Shown piece by piece: positions 26,886 through 38,597 of a stretch of DNA of 64,000 bases (position 1 is the stretch's first letter; each line of letters begins with the position of its first letter). Position numbers and translations under genes: made by a program. The stretch is from NCBI RefSeq assembly GCF_037042905.1, contig NC_087251.1:45138001-45202000 (forward strand), read 5' to 3'. Origin of the DNA: Lytechinus pictus. Its lineage: Eukaryota. The notes beneath the pieces were generated by a model. It saw nothing but the letters and a program-made list of their open reading frames with translations, was not told the origin of the DNA and ran no database searches.

Positions 26886-28732
26886 GCTCTTCAAGTTAGT
26901 CAACAATATCAAACTTACCGACAAGTGTGTGGGCATTAATCGCCATTGCTTCCCAATGATGCTTTGTCATTAGGGAGCGATTAGTTCATACCAATCAAAT
27001 TTCAGCTTCCCTTTGCCCTAAAAGTTTATCTACTACCATACCATGTCTCATTTTCATAACAGGCGAGATCCTATAGAAATGTAATCATAAAATAGTAAGC
27101 ACGTTCAATGACACAGTAATGATTTTTGTTGGTGTGTTAGCTGTGTCATGTATGAATAAATAATATGAAGAAAAAATCAAAATAATCAAACCATGCATAT
27201 CAAAATTAGGTTTGTTACCTAGATACCATTATTATGCAGATATTATATTATTTGAACTACTATGTATTTTTCAGGTTAATGAAATATTTTTTACTCCCAG
27301 GTTTCATACGTTGACCTATTATTTTACCATTTCCATTCAAATATTATGACCAGATGTTGTATATAGTAATATTATCTATAGTTGCTATGGAAAATGTGTT
27401 GCTTAGCAACTGTTCCTGTATATGGTTGGAACGTTGCTTGACTTGTGATTGTAAAATTGGCAGTTCGAAGTCAAAATAAAGTTTTTAGAATGTAGATAAC
27501 ACCCCAAAATGCTGGTTGCTACGGTAAATATGTTACCTAGCAACTGTTGCTATACGAGGACAGATCAGGTTGGCACCCCCTGCTAAAAATGTTCAGCACT
27601 ATTTACTCTACCTGTCAGCCAAATTTCATGCTTGTACCATACTTTGAACAATTCTTGCTAATTTTTGCACGGATCATCCAGACTATATTAGCTCTGTGTG
27701 GTGTAGTAATTGCATAGACCATAAATACATGATGAATTAGTGTCACGTGATTGTCATGTTATCATCAAACTGATTTCATAAAACGTATACGGACTGCGAT
27801 ATAGGCCTATAGGAGTAATGTGACTCAATTAGTAGTTCACGCGAGTCCAATTTTAACTCCACGTTATTGCAAAAGTAGAGACAATAACTGGAATTGGAAT
27901 AGATGGATGATTAAATAAATTGAACTAAACAAACCCTTATAAAAACAGATTTAAATGAAAATATATATTTGATACCAATTTTGATCGAGTGGCAAGGCAA
28001 TATCATCACGTGGTATCTGATTAATGACACGTAATTTTGTCTGTACATAAAATCAGATTTTACTGGTATAGTAGTTTGGATGAGCATGAATTTTTTTTTT
28101 TTTTTTTTTTTTTGGGGGGGGTTGTTAAATGATACAGTGAAATGAAATGGCGTAGATTAAGATTCAATCTTAATTTCTTTGTAAATCAAAATGAAGCACA
28201 TAATAACATAATAATAGGCAACTGAATAAAACTGATAGAAACATAATAACATAACAGATCATGCCGATGCAATTGAATATGAAATTCGAACCAGATAATG
28301 TCAAATTATAAAGGATCGAAATGATGAAGAGGGACAAAAGTAAAGCAGATTCAACCAAAATGTATAATGAACAAATCAAATGAATATAAATGTAAGACAA
28401 TACCTGTCAGAAGTTGGACCAAAACCTACAGTAGGCTTGGGCTATTGGTAGGCCGATGTGTACACGGTACATTCAGTATAATTATTACTGGAAATGCAAG
28501 AATCAAGGAGAAGGCGTTAAACAAGCCAGTCTATAGTAGGCCCTTTAAAAGAATGCACTTGAGCAGAACAAGTTCAAACTACATTACAATCACGACAAAG
28601 GAAGGTATTTTCTTTGGTTGAATAAAAAGGGGAAGGTGCTTTCTCCCACCAAGGAAGCCCCGTTTTATCAGACAGTCACCATGGTAACAGTAGTTATCAG
28701 CCAATCAAAATCGAGGAAAGTTGTTAGATCTG

Positions 28733-28903
28733 GTGGGTGTTTCATAAAGCTGCTCGTAAGTGAGGAGCGACTTTACGAATGACTGGTGATCATTTCTTGT
28801 GGTAAATGGTATACACCGAGTGTTAATTGGTGACGATTCAGCGCGTAAGAAAATATCACCAGTCGTAATTCTTAATTTATCAACGACTTTATGAAACACC
28901 CAT
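28733..28903. mobile_element. Harbinger-like MITE with 3-bp CTG TSD, nested in another MITE
   Basis: TIR gtgggtgtttcataaag / ctttatgaaacacccat; CTG at 28730-28732 and 28904-28906. Confidence 0.8.
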
Positions 28904-29894
28904 CTGACAACTTGTTAGACAAATAAATATTGATGAAATGAAAACTATCCAGTACAATACCGTTTCAGCACACGGCCTTTTTCTCCACTTTTCATTTCCC
29001 CCTATCCCCGAGCATTCTACGTAACGCGATAGGCTACTTGTCATTTCATCATGTTCAAATCTTGATTTGTTATAAGTCCGATTATTTTTTTTGTATTAAG
29101 TAGTTTTTATTGACAACTTCAATTCATATACAAAATAAAATATATATAACAAATAGAAGTTTGATGTCTTCACAAATTGGTAAATACCTTGACAACTCAT
29201 AAATTTAACATCATTTTTTCTTGAATGTTACAATAAAACACAATGTCAGACATCTTCCAATACATAATTATAAATAACATGGATGATAATAATATGCATT
29301 GAGAATAAGAAGATTTTTCAGTGTCAAATAAAAAAGAGATTTTCCAAATACACAAAAATAAATCATTAATAAAACCTAAACGAATTGAAGCCTGAAGATT
29401 ATTAATTGTTATGATCGATTTTATGTTTATGATTGGGGATGTATCATCTTTTTTCCCCTGTTTATTTTTTATAGACATAAAACTCCGTGTATCATGGACA
29501 TGGGAAGCGGGGGTTGTGGGGTGGTGAAGCACCCCCCCCCCCCCCAGGATTTGTGTGTGGATGTTGCGTGTGCACCCCCTGGAAATCGGGAAGGTATGCT
29601 AAAAAGTAGAAATTGAACAAAAAAAATCACCTTCATTTTGTAGTGAAACCTCTTTTGTCTGTCAATTTTTTTCTTCCAAATAAACACCCCCGATTAAAAA
29701 AAATAACGTTCCAAGTGCCCTGCTTTTTAGTCAATTTCAAATGCATAGGCCTATCACACTTTTAGATTGTGTCATAGATCATTTCATGTAGTTAGACAGT
29801 CCCCTTATAGTCATGAAGTATGATTGAAAGTGAAGTTGAATCAAAGTTGCATGCTAAACGTGCTAAAGGTCATTGTTATTACGCCCATCCTTGA

Positions 29895-30075
29895 AAGATG
29901 ACGTAATAATATAAATCTTGAAAAGTACAAAGCCGGGCGACTGCGTAAAGAACGCTTATGAAAATGCGCCAATAGCATGCCAGCGCTCAAAAACGGCGCA
30001 GCGCCATGTGACCACGCCCTGGTAACAGCCTCATCCCTCACGCGCCCTGGTAACAAGTGTTTGTAAACAAACCCC
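29895..30075 (+). promoter_or_regulatory. Candidate promoter of the kinase gene
   Basis: CpG-richer patch with TGACGTAA (~29899) and CCAAT (~29969). It also has two copies of CGCCCTGGTAACA (30015, 30043) and TGTTTGTAAACAA (30058-30070), about 750 bp upstream of the first coding exon. Confidence 0.35.
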
Positions 30076-30827
30076 ATTCTCTGTGCAAAATTGCTCTCTT
30101 GAGAACCCACTGCCAAATTCTTGACAGTTTTCACTAATTTTGCTTTCACTTTTCAAGTCATTTTTGCTAATTGTCAGGTCAGTATCATATCGTTGGATAT
30201 TTCTTGATAATTCGAGCAAAGTTTGGAGAAAAAATGATGAATATTTAAAACTTAGTGAACAAAAATGTGACATGACTGTCAAATTTTATGTTTTCGATGA
30301 CCGTCGTGCATCAGTTTGAGAGGTCTGTAGACTACAATAGGGCCTAGGAATATAGCATAAAAAGCGATGTGTATTCAAATCAAATTCAAATTGAGAAATT
30401 TGAGTTTCATTTGATTTTTAATCTAACTTAGGCCGATAGACTAGATCTAGGCCTAGATAAATTGTATCGCAAATCTTTGCTAACAGTTAGGCTAGATCTT
30501 ATATAAAATTCAGATCGGCATGCTAAATTCAAGAATACGAAAGCGATAAATTTCATAATATTGTTAAGTAGTGTCTCACAAATTGAATTTCACTTATCTT
30601 TGTAGATCTAGACTAGATTTATTTTGACAAATCTATAAAAAGAATTAATTGTCTAAAGTTTGGGACATCTAGATCTACGCCCGCCATGCATTCTACCGGT
30701 CACGTGACTGAAACACACGTTTGAATTTCTATTTCTCTTTTTCCTTTTCAATTCTACTCTCTTTCCAATTTCTATCATATTAGAACAAAGTTTCTTTTAG
30801 TTTGATCACGGGAAACATATTTTGACG

Positions 30828-30938
30828 ATGTATTGCAATCGACTTGTCCGTCCCCCTACCCCCTGGGTCCTGAGACCAGTTCCCCGTACTGGGTCAGCTT
30901 CTCCGGCCATCAGATCACCGATGGTTAATTCCATGGAT
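30828..30938 (+). CDS. Kinase gene coding exon 1 (MYCNRLVRPPTPWVLRPVPRTGSASPAIRSPMVNSMD)
   Basis: ATG at 30828 in a GC-richer block; donor GAT|gtaag, phase 0. An acceptor tttcttttag at 30800 suggests an upstream non-coding exon. Confidence 0.6.
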
Positions 30939-33900
30939 GTAAGCAAATTATATGCAATTGATATGTAAATGAAATAAAATAAGAATGAAATAAAAATAAA
31001 ATGAAGAAATAAGTACCAGACTTATCTCTATGTTGTCTTATCTTAGAGGATGACATTACATTATGATTGAACAATAATGATATAAACTTTTATAAACGAC
31101 ACCATAATTATGAATTGACTGTAAATCAAGATTAATAATAGAACATTTGCAAACAGCAAAGTGATAGATAATTGAATAAATAATTAAAGGAATAGATAAG
31201 TAAATAACAGTTAATGAATAAATCAATCAATCAATAAAAAGTAAATGAATGAATGAAAATAAATAAATAAACAAATAACAACAGAATAAATGAATGAATG
31301 ATTTATTGACGAACGAATAAATAAATAGAAAAAAAATTACATAAATGAATGAATAATCAAATGAATACATGGAGGGAAAATAGACAAATAGATACATGAT
31401 TGAATAAAAAATGATAAATACATAAATAAATGAAAAATAAACAAAGTAAATGAACAATTAAAAAAATAAGATTATAAATGACTAAAAAGAAATGAATAGA
31501 CAATGAAAATAATGTAACTACTTCTCAAGCGTGCAATGTGGTGTAAATTTAGGACACGGCTTCTTATGCATTTTTGGCATACAGTCACTAAATTTGTTTT
31601 TTACAAATGGATAAAAGAAAAAAAAACACCTCAGAGGCCGCTAAATTTGAAATATTGAAAATATTATACATAGGCCTAAAATGGTAGGTTAATAATTAGA
31701 TAATTCACATATTGAATTCACGAATGCTTTCAGTTAGGCTTTTAAATGTCATCAGTGTATTATCTTTAAAAAATAATGATCAATTTTAAATAGGAGCTGT
31801 GTCGGTCTCACCAGGATCCAACTTTTTCCCCATCCACCATCTCTCCCAACACATCAGCTGGCAACATGTCGGGCAAACTGCTTTTGCAGTGCTTGCAACA
31901 ATCCCTGGAGAAACAGCAACTTCAGGAAAAGATTGCTGTACGTCTATTTACAATCTACCATGTAGATTTTACTTACAAGTACTTTTCAATTTTAGGGGAA
32001 AATCCTTCAAAAGAAATAATGATAACATATTTTTAACAAAAAAGGTCTACTGGTATATTTTACAAATAATAGTGGAGAATTCAGCATTGCTTGGTTTTTC
32101 AGATATAGACCTCTATGAAATGAAATAAAAAGTGAAAGAAATATATTGTTAGTGATAGAATTCTTGTTTTATTCTTGACATGTGAAACATAACATTTATT
32201 TCTTTGTTCAAATCACAGAGCCTGGCTTCCCAGCTTGGTGTTGGACCTGATGGAGACAGCGCAGACCTCCTCGCTAAGATCAACTCTCTGGTGACAGAAT
32301 CAGAGGGAAGGAGGCAACAGGCAGAGAAGAAGGCCAAGGCTTTCCAAGATCAGTTCCTGGACTCAAAGAGCGAAGTCCAGATCTTGAAGATGGAACTGGC
32401 AGAGGCCAGAAAGCAGAGAGATGCTGCTTTAAAGAATCTTCAAGTAAATACTTTATTATTTTTTCCCCAATGATTTAACCAGAAGGGATGCAAACTTTTA
32501 CTGGACTCATGCTTTTTGGAAATAATTTCTTTCATATTTTGTTGTGCTGAACAATACCCCAAATTTTCTATTTCATCAAACAATGTAAAAGTTAGAATCT
32601 ATCCAGTGTGAAATTTTGATAGATTTTTTTTTCTATTTCTGTTTTCCAAGGATATGACTTGGGAGCCAGTTGAGAGCTCTTCTCCTGCCGATGGAGCAGC
32701 TACCAGAGGCTCTTGGTAAATGTCGAATAAATTGAAAGAAATACAAATTATCAAAATTCATAATCAAACAAAGGAAAATATGTGTATACATAAAAAAGGA
32801 AATAAGCCCAGGTCACAAACTAATAAATTATATGCAGGGCAAAAAAGGGTAAATTACAGATATAACATAAATGATAATTGTATTATTTTGATAGCTGGCA
32901 GACGTATACCAATTTGTTCGATTAATAAAGGTTACTTAAACAATTAATGTCAAAATCTATTGTCACCTATATAGGTATTCTGGAGACAACCCCCAGCTAC
33001 TGTCTTCAGCACCATTAGACCGTGGAGTAGCACCCACCTCTACACCAGTCACAACACCATACAACCCATCTACACCAGACACAGCACCATACAACCCATC
33101 TACACCAGACACAGCACCATACAACCCATCTACACCAGACACAGCACCATACAACCAGTCAACTCCAGACACAGCACCTTACAACCCGTCAACACCAGAC
33201 ACAGCACCTTACAACCCTTCGACACCAGACACAGCACCATACAACCCACCTACACCAGATACAGCACCCTACAACCCATCGACACCAGACACAGCACCTT
33301 ACAACCCACCTACACCAGATACAGTCCCCATTGACACCATGCCATTACCCCTTGCGTAAGCATTAAGTTAACAATGCTATAAATCGAAATTTTTGTAAAA
33401 ATCAAACCAAACAACAACATAAATCATGTATCATAATTATAATAAATGATAGATCTGCAATAAAAAACATTAAAAGGGTGAAAAACAAACAAACAATTAA
33501 AAAAAAACACTCGCGAAAAATGCCATGTTTCACTTCTGACGCGGCAACTTGAAAATCTTTATTATTACTATTATTTTATTTATTGTGAACAAAAAACAAC
33601 ATGTAACATGGATGGGTTCACAATTTGTCAATTACAGACAACCAACACCTAGCCCCCAGGCCAGTGGTGCTGAAGCAGCAGTTGGTACCCCTCCAACAGT
33701 ACCACTCTCTGCTCAAGCCCCAGTGGTTCACCATCAAACACCAATCACAGCCTCACGGTAAGTAGACAAAAACCTTACGAGTGACAGGACAATATTCAGC
33801 AGCCAACTATATCTATCCGATCACTGTACTGCTGCTTACTTGATTTCTGGTTAAATACAGGTGCACTAAAAAAAACTTATTAAAAAAATGAAGAAAAAAA

Positions 33901-35380
33901 AACAACCAGTGCCCCAATAGTTTTGTGAATAATTTAGGACTTTGAGACTGCAGAGAAATGGATGTGATTTATCCACACCTCCGCTTCGACAGATAAAAAA
34001 TACTTTAATTAAAAAAGTAAAACTATTATGATCATCATTATTATACCATTTTTGTAGACCTACACCAGTGAGCTCAGCTGTTGGTGTTGCCACATCTCCT
34101 TCTAGCGGTTCAACTGCCCCTGCCCTCGTCCCGGCATCTTCTTTCGTCCAGGCAATGGGCGATCTGAAGTCCTTCCTTCCAGGAGGTGGGGACGTCTTCC
34201 TGGGCAGCGGAGTAAACGGAACAGTTCATCTCTTCCGTCATCGTGTGACCAACCATCCCATCGCACTGAAGACATTCGAGCTCCCCAACGATCTTGAGGA
34301 GATGACTACGAAGGTTGGTTCTCTCTTATTAATAAACGCTAAAACGGTTAGAGCTTCGCATTAGACAGTATAAGGCGAGACAATGAAATCTTAAAATACT
34401 CAAAGAACTTGTTTTTATTTGCATTGATTTGCATTTCGATAGGTCAAGGTCATCCAGTCCGAAGCTCTCATCCTCGACGTTCTTGGTAGAGAGGAGTGCT
34501 TCCCGACTTTCCTTGGATGCTTGGAGATAAGCACAGGAACGATTGGCCTTGCGATGGATTTCATCGGGGACACGACTACGGGAGAGACCTGGACACTCAG
34601 CCGTGGCATGAGAGAGTTAGTACTGAGTCAACAAGAGTGGTAAGTTGATGATTTATTCTAACTCTTCATCATAAGGCTTGAACATGTATAAATCTTTATT
34701 TGGATTTTTTCACGTTCCATCACCTGTCTTCTTTTCCTCCGGTCTTTTCTTTTCTTTTAGGTTCAGTCTGGCTCTCGACATTGCCAAGTCACTTGGGGTG
34801 ATTCACGAGAAAGGCTTCTTGATGAACGACCTCAAGGAAGACAACTGCTTGCTTCGAAAGGCTACATCTGGACGATGGCAAGCGGTTATCGTGGACTTTG
34901 GGCTGGCTTGTTCCCGAACCGAACCCTTTTCCTTCTGCTTTTCTACTGATGATAAAGAGAAGTACCGAAGAAAGGTATGTTTAACATGTTGGTCAAATTA
35001 AAAACTTGTCGATACAAATATTTATGGTGCTTTATTGATAATCTTTTCATTTATTCAATGTTTTCTCTCTAATTTGGATGTCAGTAAGTCAAATGATAAT
35101 CGAATGGTTTTAATAAAACAATTATCATGATATGATTTACACTTTTTTTATTTCATATTTACAGGAGATCTATACCCACATTGCCCCAGAATGCGCCCTC
35201 GATGACCATCCGATCTCTGTCTCGAGCGACGTGTTCCAGCTCGGCCGTCTGTTGACCCTGATGGGAGATCGTACGAACACCGCCGATCTCACCGCCATCG
35301 GGAACATCTGTCGGCTTAATACCCACCTCTGCCGACCCACCATCGAAGAGGTCGTCGACGAGATCGAGAGGGTAATGTAG
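30828..35380 (+). CDS. Multi-exon protein kinase gene (coiled coil + Pro/Thr/Tyr decapeptide repeats + C-terminal ePK domain), about 642 aa
   Basis: Ten exons have GT-AG boundaries and phase-consistent joins: 30828-30938, 31794-31937, 32219-32443, 32651-32715, 32975-33355, 33638-33757, 34058-34313, 34443-34639, 34761-34974, 35165-35380. Total 1929 nt = 642 aa + stop. Kinase motifs: LGSGVNGTV, IALK, alphaC Glu (QSEAL), LMNDLKEDN, IVDFG, HIAPE, SDVFQLG, CRPT. Confidence 0.88.
31794..31937 (+). CDS. Kinase gene exon 2 (ELCRSHQD...LEKQQLQEKIA)
   Basis: Acceptor aaatag|, donor GCT|gtacgt; 144 nt, phase 0/0. Confidence 0.75.
32219..32443 (+). CDS. Kinase gene exon 3 (coiled coil, SLASQLGV...RDAALKNLQ)
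   Basis: Acceptor tcacag|, donor CAA|gtaaat; lies within ORF 32204..32473; heptad-like E/K/Q/L pattern. Confidence 0.85.
32651..32715 (+). CDS. Kinase gene exon 4 (DMTWEPVESSSPADGAATRGS)
   Basis: Acceptor tttccaag|, donor TG|gtaaat; phase 0/2 matches both neighbours. Confidence 0.75.
32975..33355 (+). CDS. Kinase gene exon 5 carrying nine YNPSTPDTAP-type repeats
   Basis: Acceptor tatag|, donor GC|gtaag; 381 nt, phase 2/2. The 30-nt tandem units at 33060-33329 are open in this frame. Confidence 0.85.
33638..33757 (+). CDS. Kinase gene exon 6 (Pro/Thr-rich linker)
   Basis: Acceptor ttacag|, donor CG|gtaagt; 120 nt, phase 2/2. Confidence 0.8.
34058..34313 (+). CDS. Kinase gene exon 7 (linker, Gly-loop, VAIK-equivalent IALK)
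   Basis: Acceptor tttgtag|, donor AAG|gttggt; encodes LGSGVNGTVHLFRHRVTNHPIALK. Confidence 0.9.
34443..34639 (+). CDS. Kinase gene exon 8 (subdomains III-V)
   Basis: Acceptor gatag|, donor TG|gtaagt; encodes VKVIQSEALILDVLGREECFPTFLGCLEISTGTIGLAMDFIG... Confidence 0.9.
34761..34974 (+). CDS. Kinase gene exon 9 (subdomains VIa-VII)
   Basis: Acceptor ttcttttag|, donor AAG|gtatgt; encodes IHEKGFLMNDLKEDNCLL...IVDFGLA. Confidence 0.92.
35165..35380 (+). CDS. Kinase gene exon 10 (subdomains VIII-XI, stop)
   Basis: Acceptor ttacag|; encodes EIYTHIAPE...SDVFQLG...CRPTIEEVVDEIERVM*. Confidence 0.92.
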   Translation, partial: EIYTHIAPECALDDHPISVSSDVFQLGRLLTLMGDRTNTADLTAIGNICRLNTHLCRPTIEEVVDEIERVM

Positions 35381-37250
35381 GCACTCACTGCATTTCAAGA
35401 GATATCAAATCATTTCCCAAGTTCACATATTTCAAAATACATTTTAAAAACACATCAAGTTATAAGACATTTGGATTAAAGCTGTATAAAGTATGCTTAT
35501 TTAAATTTCACATTTTATTCAAGACACAGATGCATATTCACAAAATTATGTTGTTTGATTACTCTAATAAATATTATATTCAGATAAGTCATGTTTTCAG
35601 AATTCCTTGAAATCATGAAAATTATATGCTTCTTTTCATCTTGCATCAAACATGCAGTAGTAACACTAAATGGCAAAATGAACGAACAAACAATATGTAA
35701 AATTATAATTAATTCTTTAAAGTGTAAAAAGAGGGTATCACTTCTCACTTTAATTCAACATCTTATTCACAACAAGTTATAAAACGAATATTCGAAAAAT
35801 AATTAAAAGTCTGAAGAAATTTTGAACATGATTACCAAAAAAGACAAACGGTCTATTCTGTGTTTGGTTCTCCCTTTGGGTTCTCCCCTATATTACAAAA
35901 CACATGAATGAATTTTTTTCTGCTCTGAATCATCTCTACGTGCATTATCCAAAGAAAAATTGAATTTTAAAAAGTATGAAAATTGAAAGTTTAACAAAGC
36001 AATTAGCAATGATGTACGTTTCTGATAATTATGAACTTTTTCCACAAAAAAAACCAAACACCTGTACTACAAATTACAAATATGAATTTTGACTAAACAG
36101 TAGAATTTCGCAGGGAAATTGATTTGATATCTTTTAAAATGCAGTGGAAGGTGAGTATTGTAAATATTCTATTGAATACTATTTTACTTTAGAATTCTCA
36201 TAAAGCTGCTCGATATTACAATTATGATTGATATAGCAGATTGGACAATACAAGGTCCCTAGTTGCATACATGTAAAACTTACTATTCGGGTAACATAAT
36301 TATTCATCCAATGGTAACTACTATGCTAGTATTGCTCAACATTTGATTAAAAGCTAGGTTGATCATTGAACATGTGGGGATTACCATTGGATAGCAAATT
36401 AATTTTGAAGCAACCGGGTTCTACCCATAAACCATTGCAGTGATATCAAACTTGCTCGTTCAAACGGAAGAAGTTCTGCAGAATTAAAAAAAAAATCACG
36501 GCTTTAGGAAAAAAAATATTGATTTGATTTGTGATCATTCCATTTCCAGTTCGAGTCGGTCAGGGTAATTTGTATGTAGTCTGCAGCCAAAATATCCTGA
36601 TCGAAACTTTTACCATCATATTTACTCATCAACTTGTTGAAAGTTAGCTTCATACATGTAAATCAAACCAAGAAAGGGGCTTTTACAATGGTATGAAAAT
36701 TCAGGCCACTTTCTTCAAAAGAAATGGTTTACCCAGCAAACTATTAAACGTAAGTATCATATTTCATTGCTAAAGATCAAATCAGCCGATCGAGAACGAT
36801 GATCATCATCTGAATTTCCGTTTCAAAGCAAACTAAATATAATGAAAGACAAAATAGTTCGTTGCAACTTGTAAAATATATACACAAAAATATAATAATA
36901 ATAAACATGAATCGCTTGATGTCTTAGAAAAATGAAACAAGAATTGATATTGAAATGAAACTAACTGAATAAATATTCAGAAGATTTCCATTCACTGTTG
37001 ATTATACGGAGATGGAGCAATCGGTATCGAAACCGAAGGTAGTCCATCACGGTACAGAGCGGGGTGGGGCTCTGTACACAGGGGCGGCGCCCGGTTAATT
37101 TTGATGGGAGGTTGGGGTGTGAGACGACATTATGAAGATGGCTTTTTTTCTCAATTGAATCAAAAGAAACATAGCAATTACTTTTCATTCTCTTCATTTC
37201 CCTTCTATTTCTATTTTTACTCTCCCCCAATTTTCACTACTTGAAAAAAA

Positions 37251-37441
37251 AAATTAGGGGAACACCCCCTGCCCCGCCCCTTTTATGGTGCCGCCCGGCC
37301 TGTCTGTACAAAATGTCGAAGACATGTTTTTCTAACAATTATTATCAAAATTAGGGGAACACCCCCTGCCCGCCTCTTCTGTGTTGCCGCCCGGCCTGTC
37401 TGAACAAAACGTCGAAGACATGTTTTTCTAACAATTATTAT
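37251..37441 (+). repeat. Tandem duplication of ~96 bp
   Basis: aaattaggggaacacccc...gccgcccggcctgtctg...gtcgaagacatgtttttctaacaattattat occurs twice. Confidence 0.85.
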
Positions 37442-38597
37442 TTTCGTAGGGTATGTGTTGTAATGGGTCAGTCATGAAGTGGACTAAAAATAACTTCTCT
37501 CCTTCCTTTTTTAAAGGCTATGGCTATATGAGGAGGAGGAGAAGGGTAATTAGAAAAAAAAAAAAAATTGTCCAGAGGTGGGATACATGGTGTGTGTGCG
37601 CGTGAAAGGGGAAGGTCATTCAGGGGGGCCGTATCATTAACGGACTAGTAGACGTTTCATCCGACTAAGTTTGCTTAATTCGATAGTTTCCATAGTAACA
37701 AGGCTTCCCAACCATTGGAAATCAAGGAAAATGTCACATACAATCATAGGATATAAAGAGTTAGAAATATGTAATTCCCTTATGATACTTCGTTTACGCA
37801 TTTTATTATAAGGATTATTTACAAAATTGCACATGCATGGAGGAAAATAGTATGCGTTTACTTCATACATGGATTTTTTTTTCCTTCTCCTTCTTTCTTC
37901 TTCTTATTCTTCTTTTTCTTTTTTCCCCTCTTCTTCTTCTCATTCTCATTCTCCTCCTCCTCCTCTTCCTCCTCCTCCCACTCCTTACTATACAAACATG
38001 TTTTATCTATCCGGGTTTAATTTTCGAAAGCGTTATATGACTCCTCGTTTAAAACTGTATATGCATATGTTTTTCTTTTCTTAGAACATAGAAATAAAAA
38101 GTAATTAATATCATTTAAAATATGGGTATGTGAGAAACATTTCACGAAAATGCAGAAATAACTTGGCTTATATAAGTCTGATTACAGGCTGCTGAACATG
38201 AGTTTATAATTTGAAATACTATTTTGGGGGTAGTGGATAATCGAATTAATCCATTTCCTCTAATCCCCTCTCACTTACTGGTTATTAACAATCCGATCAT
38301 TGATTACGGATCTATTGGGTGCTAATGGTGTAATGAATGACGACAACAGTTAGACATCAGTCTGCTTCGCTCAGCATCAAATGACCCCCCGCCCAACTTC
38401 CCCAAAATATAAAATGGTGTAAAACAGTTATAATTATTATCATAAAGAAAAAAATACATGAAAATTCAAAGGGAAAAAAATAGGGAGAATATCAAACGAA
38501 AAGCAATTTAAAACAAAAATGTATTTTTCATCATCAAGAATTCAGAGAATCGAAGGGAAATTAAACTTTTCTGGAAAGAAAAACTTATGATATTAAG

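Larger units (their letters stand above)
23255..27685. mobile_element. 4.4-kb non-autonomous/decayed DNA transposon with ~165-bp imperfect TIRs (TAG...CTA termini, Academ-like ends)
   Basis: The left end tagtctaggtga...ggtacaagcatgaaa...catttttagcagggggtgccaac...tagcaacagttgctaggtaacatatttacc matches the reverse complement of 27515-27685. TA flanks both sides. Superfamily assignment is inference. Confidence 0.8.

Noticed and set aside
32963..33172. Minus-strand ORF with GAVSGVDGLY repeats
   Set aside because: It is the antisense shadow of kinase exon 5, which has proper splice sites on the + strand.
29700..36900. Kinase gene as cargo of a mobile element
   Set aside because: No TIRs, LTRs, Helitron ends or TSD could be found around the gene by eye. 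It lies outside the 23255-27685 element.
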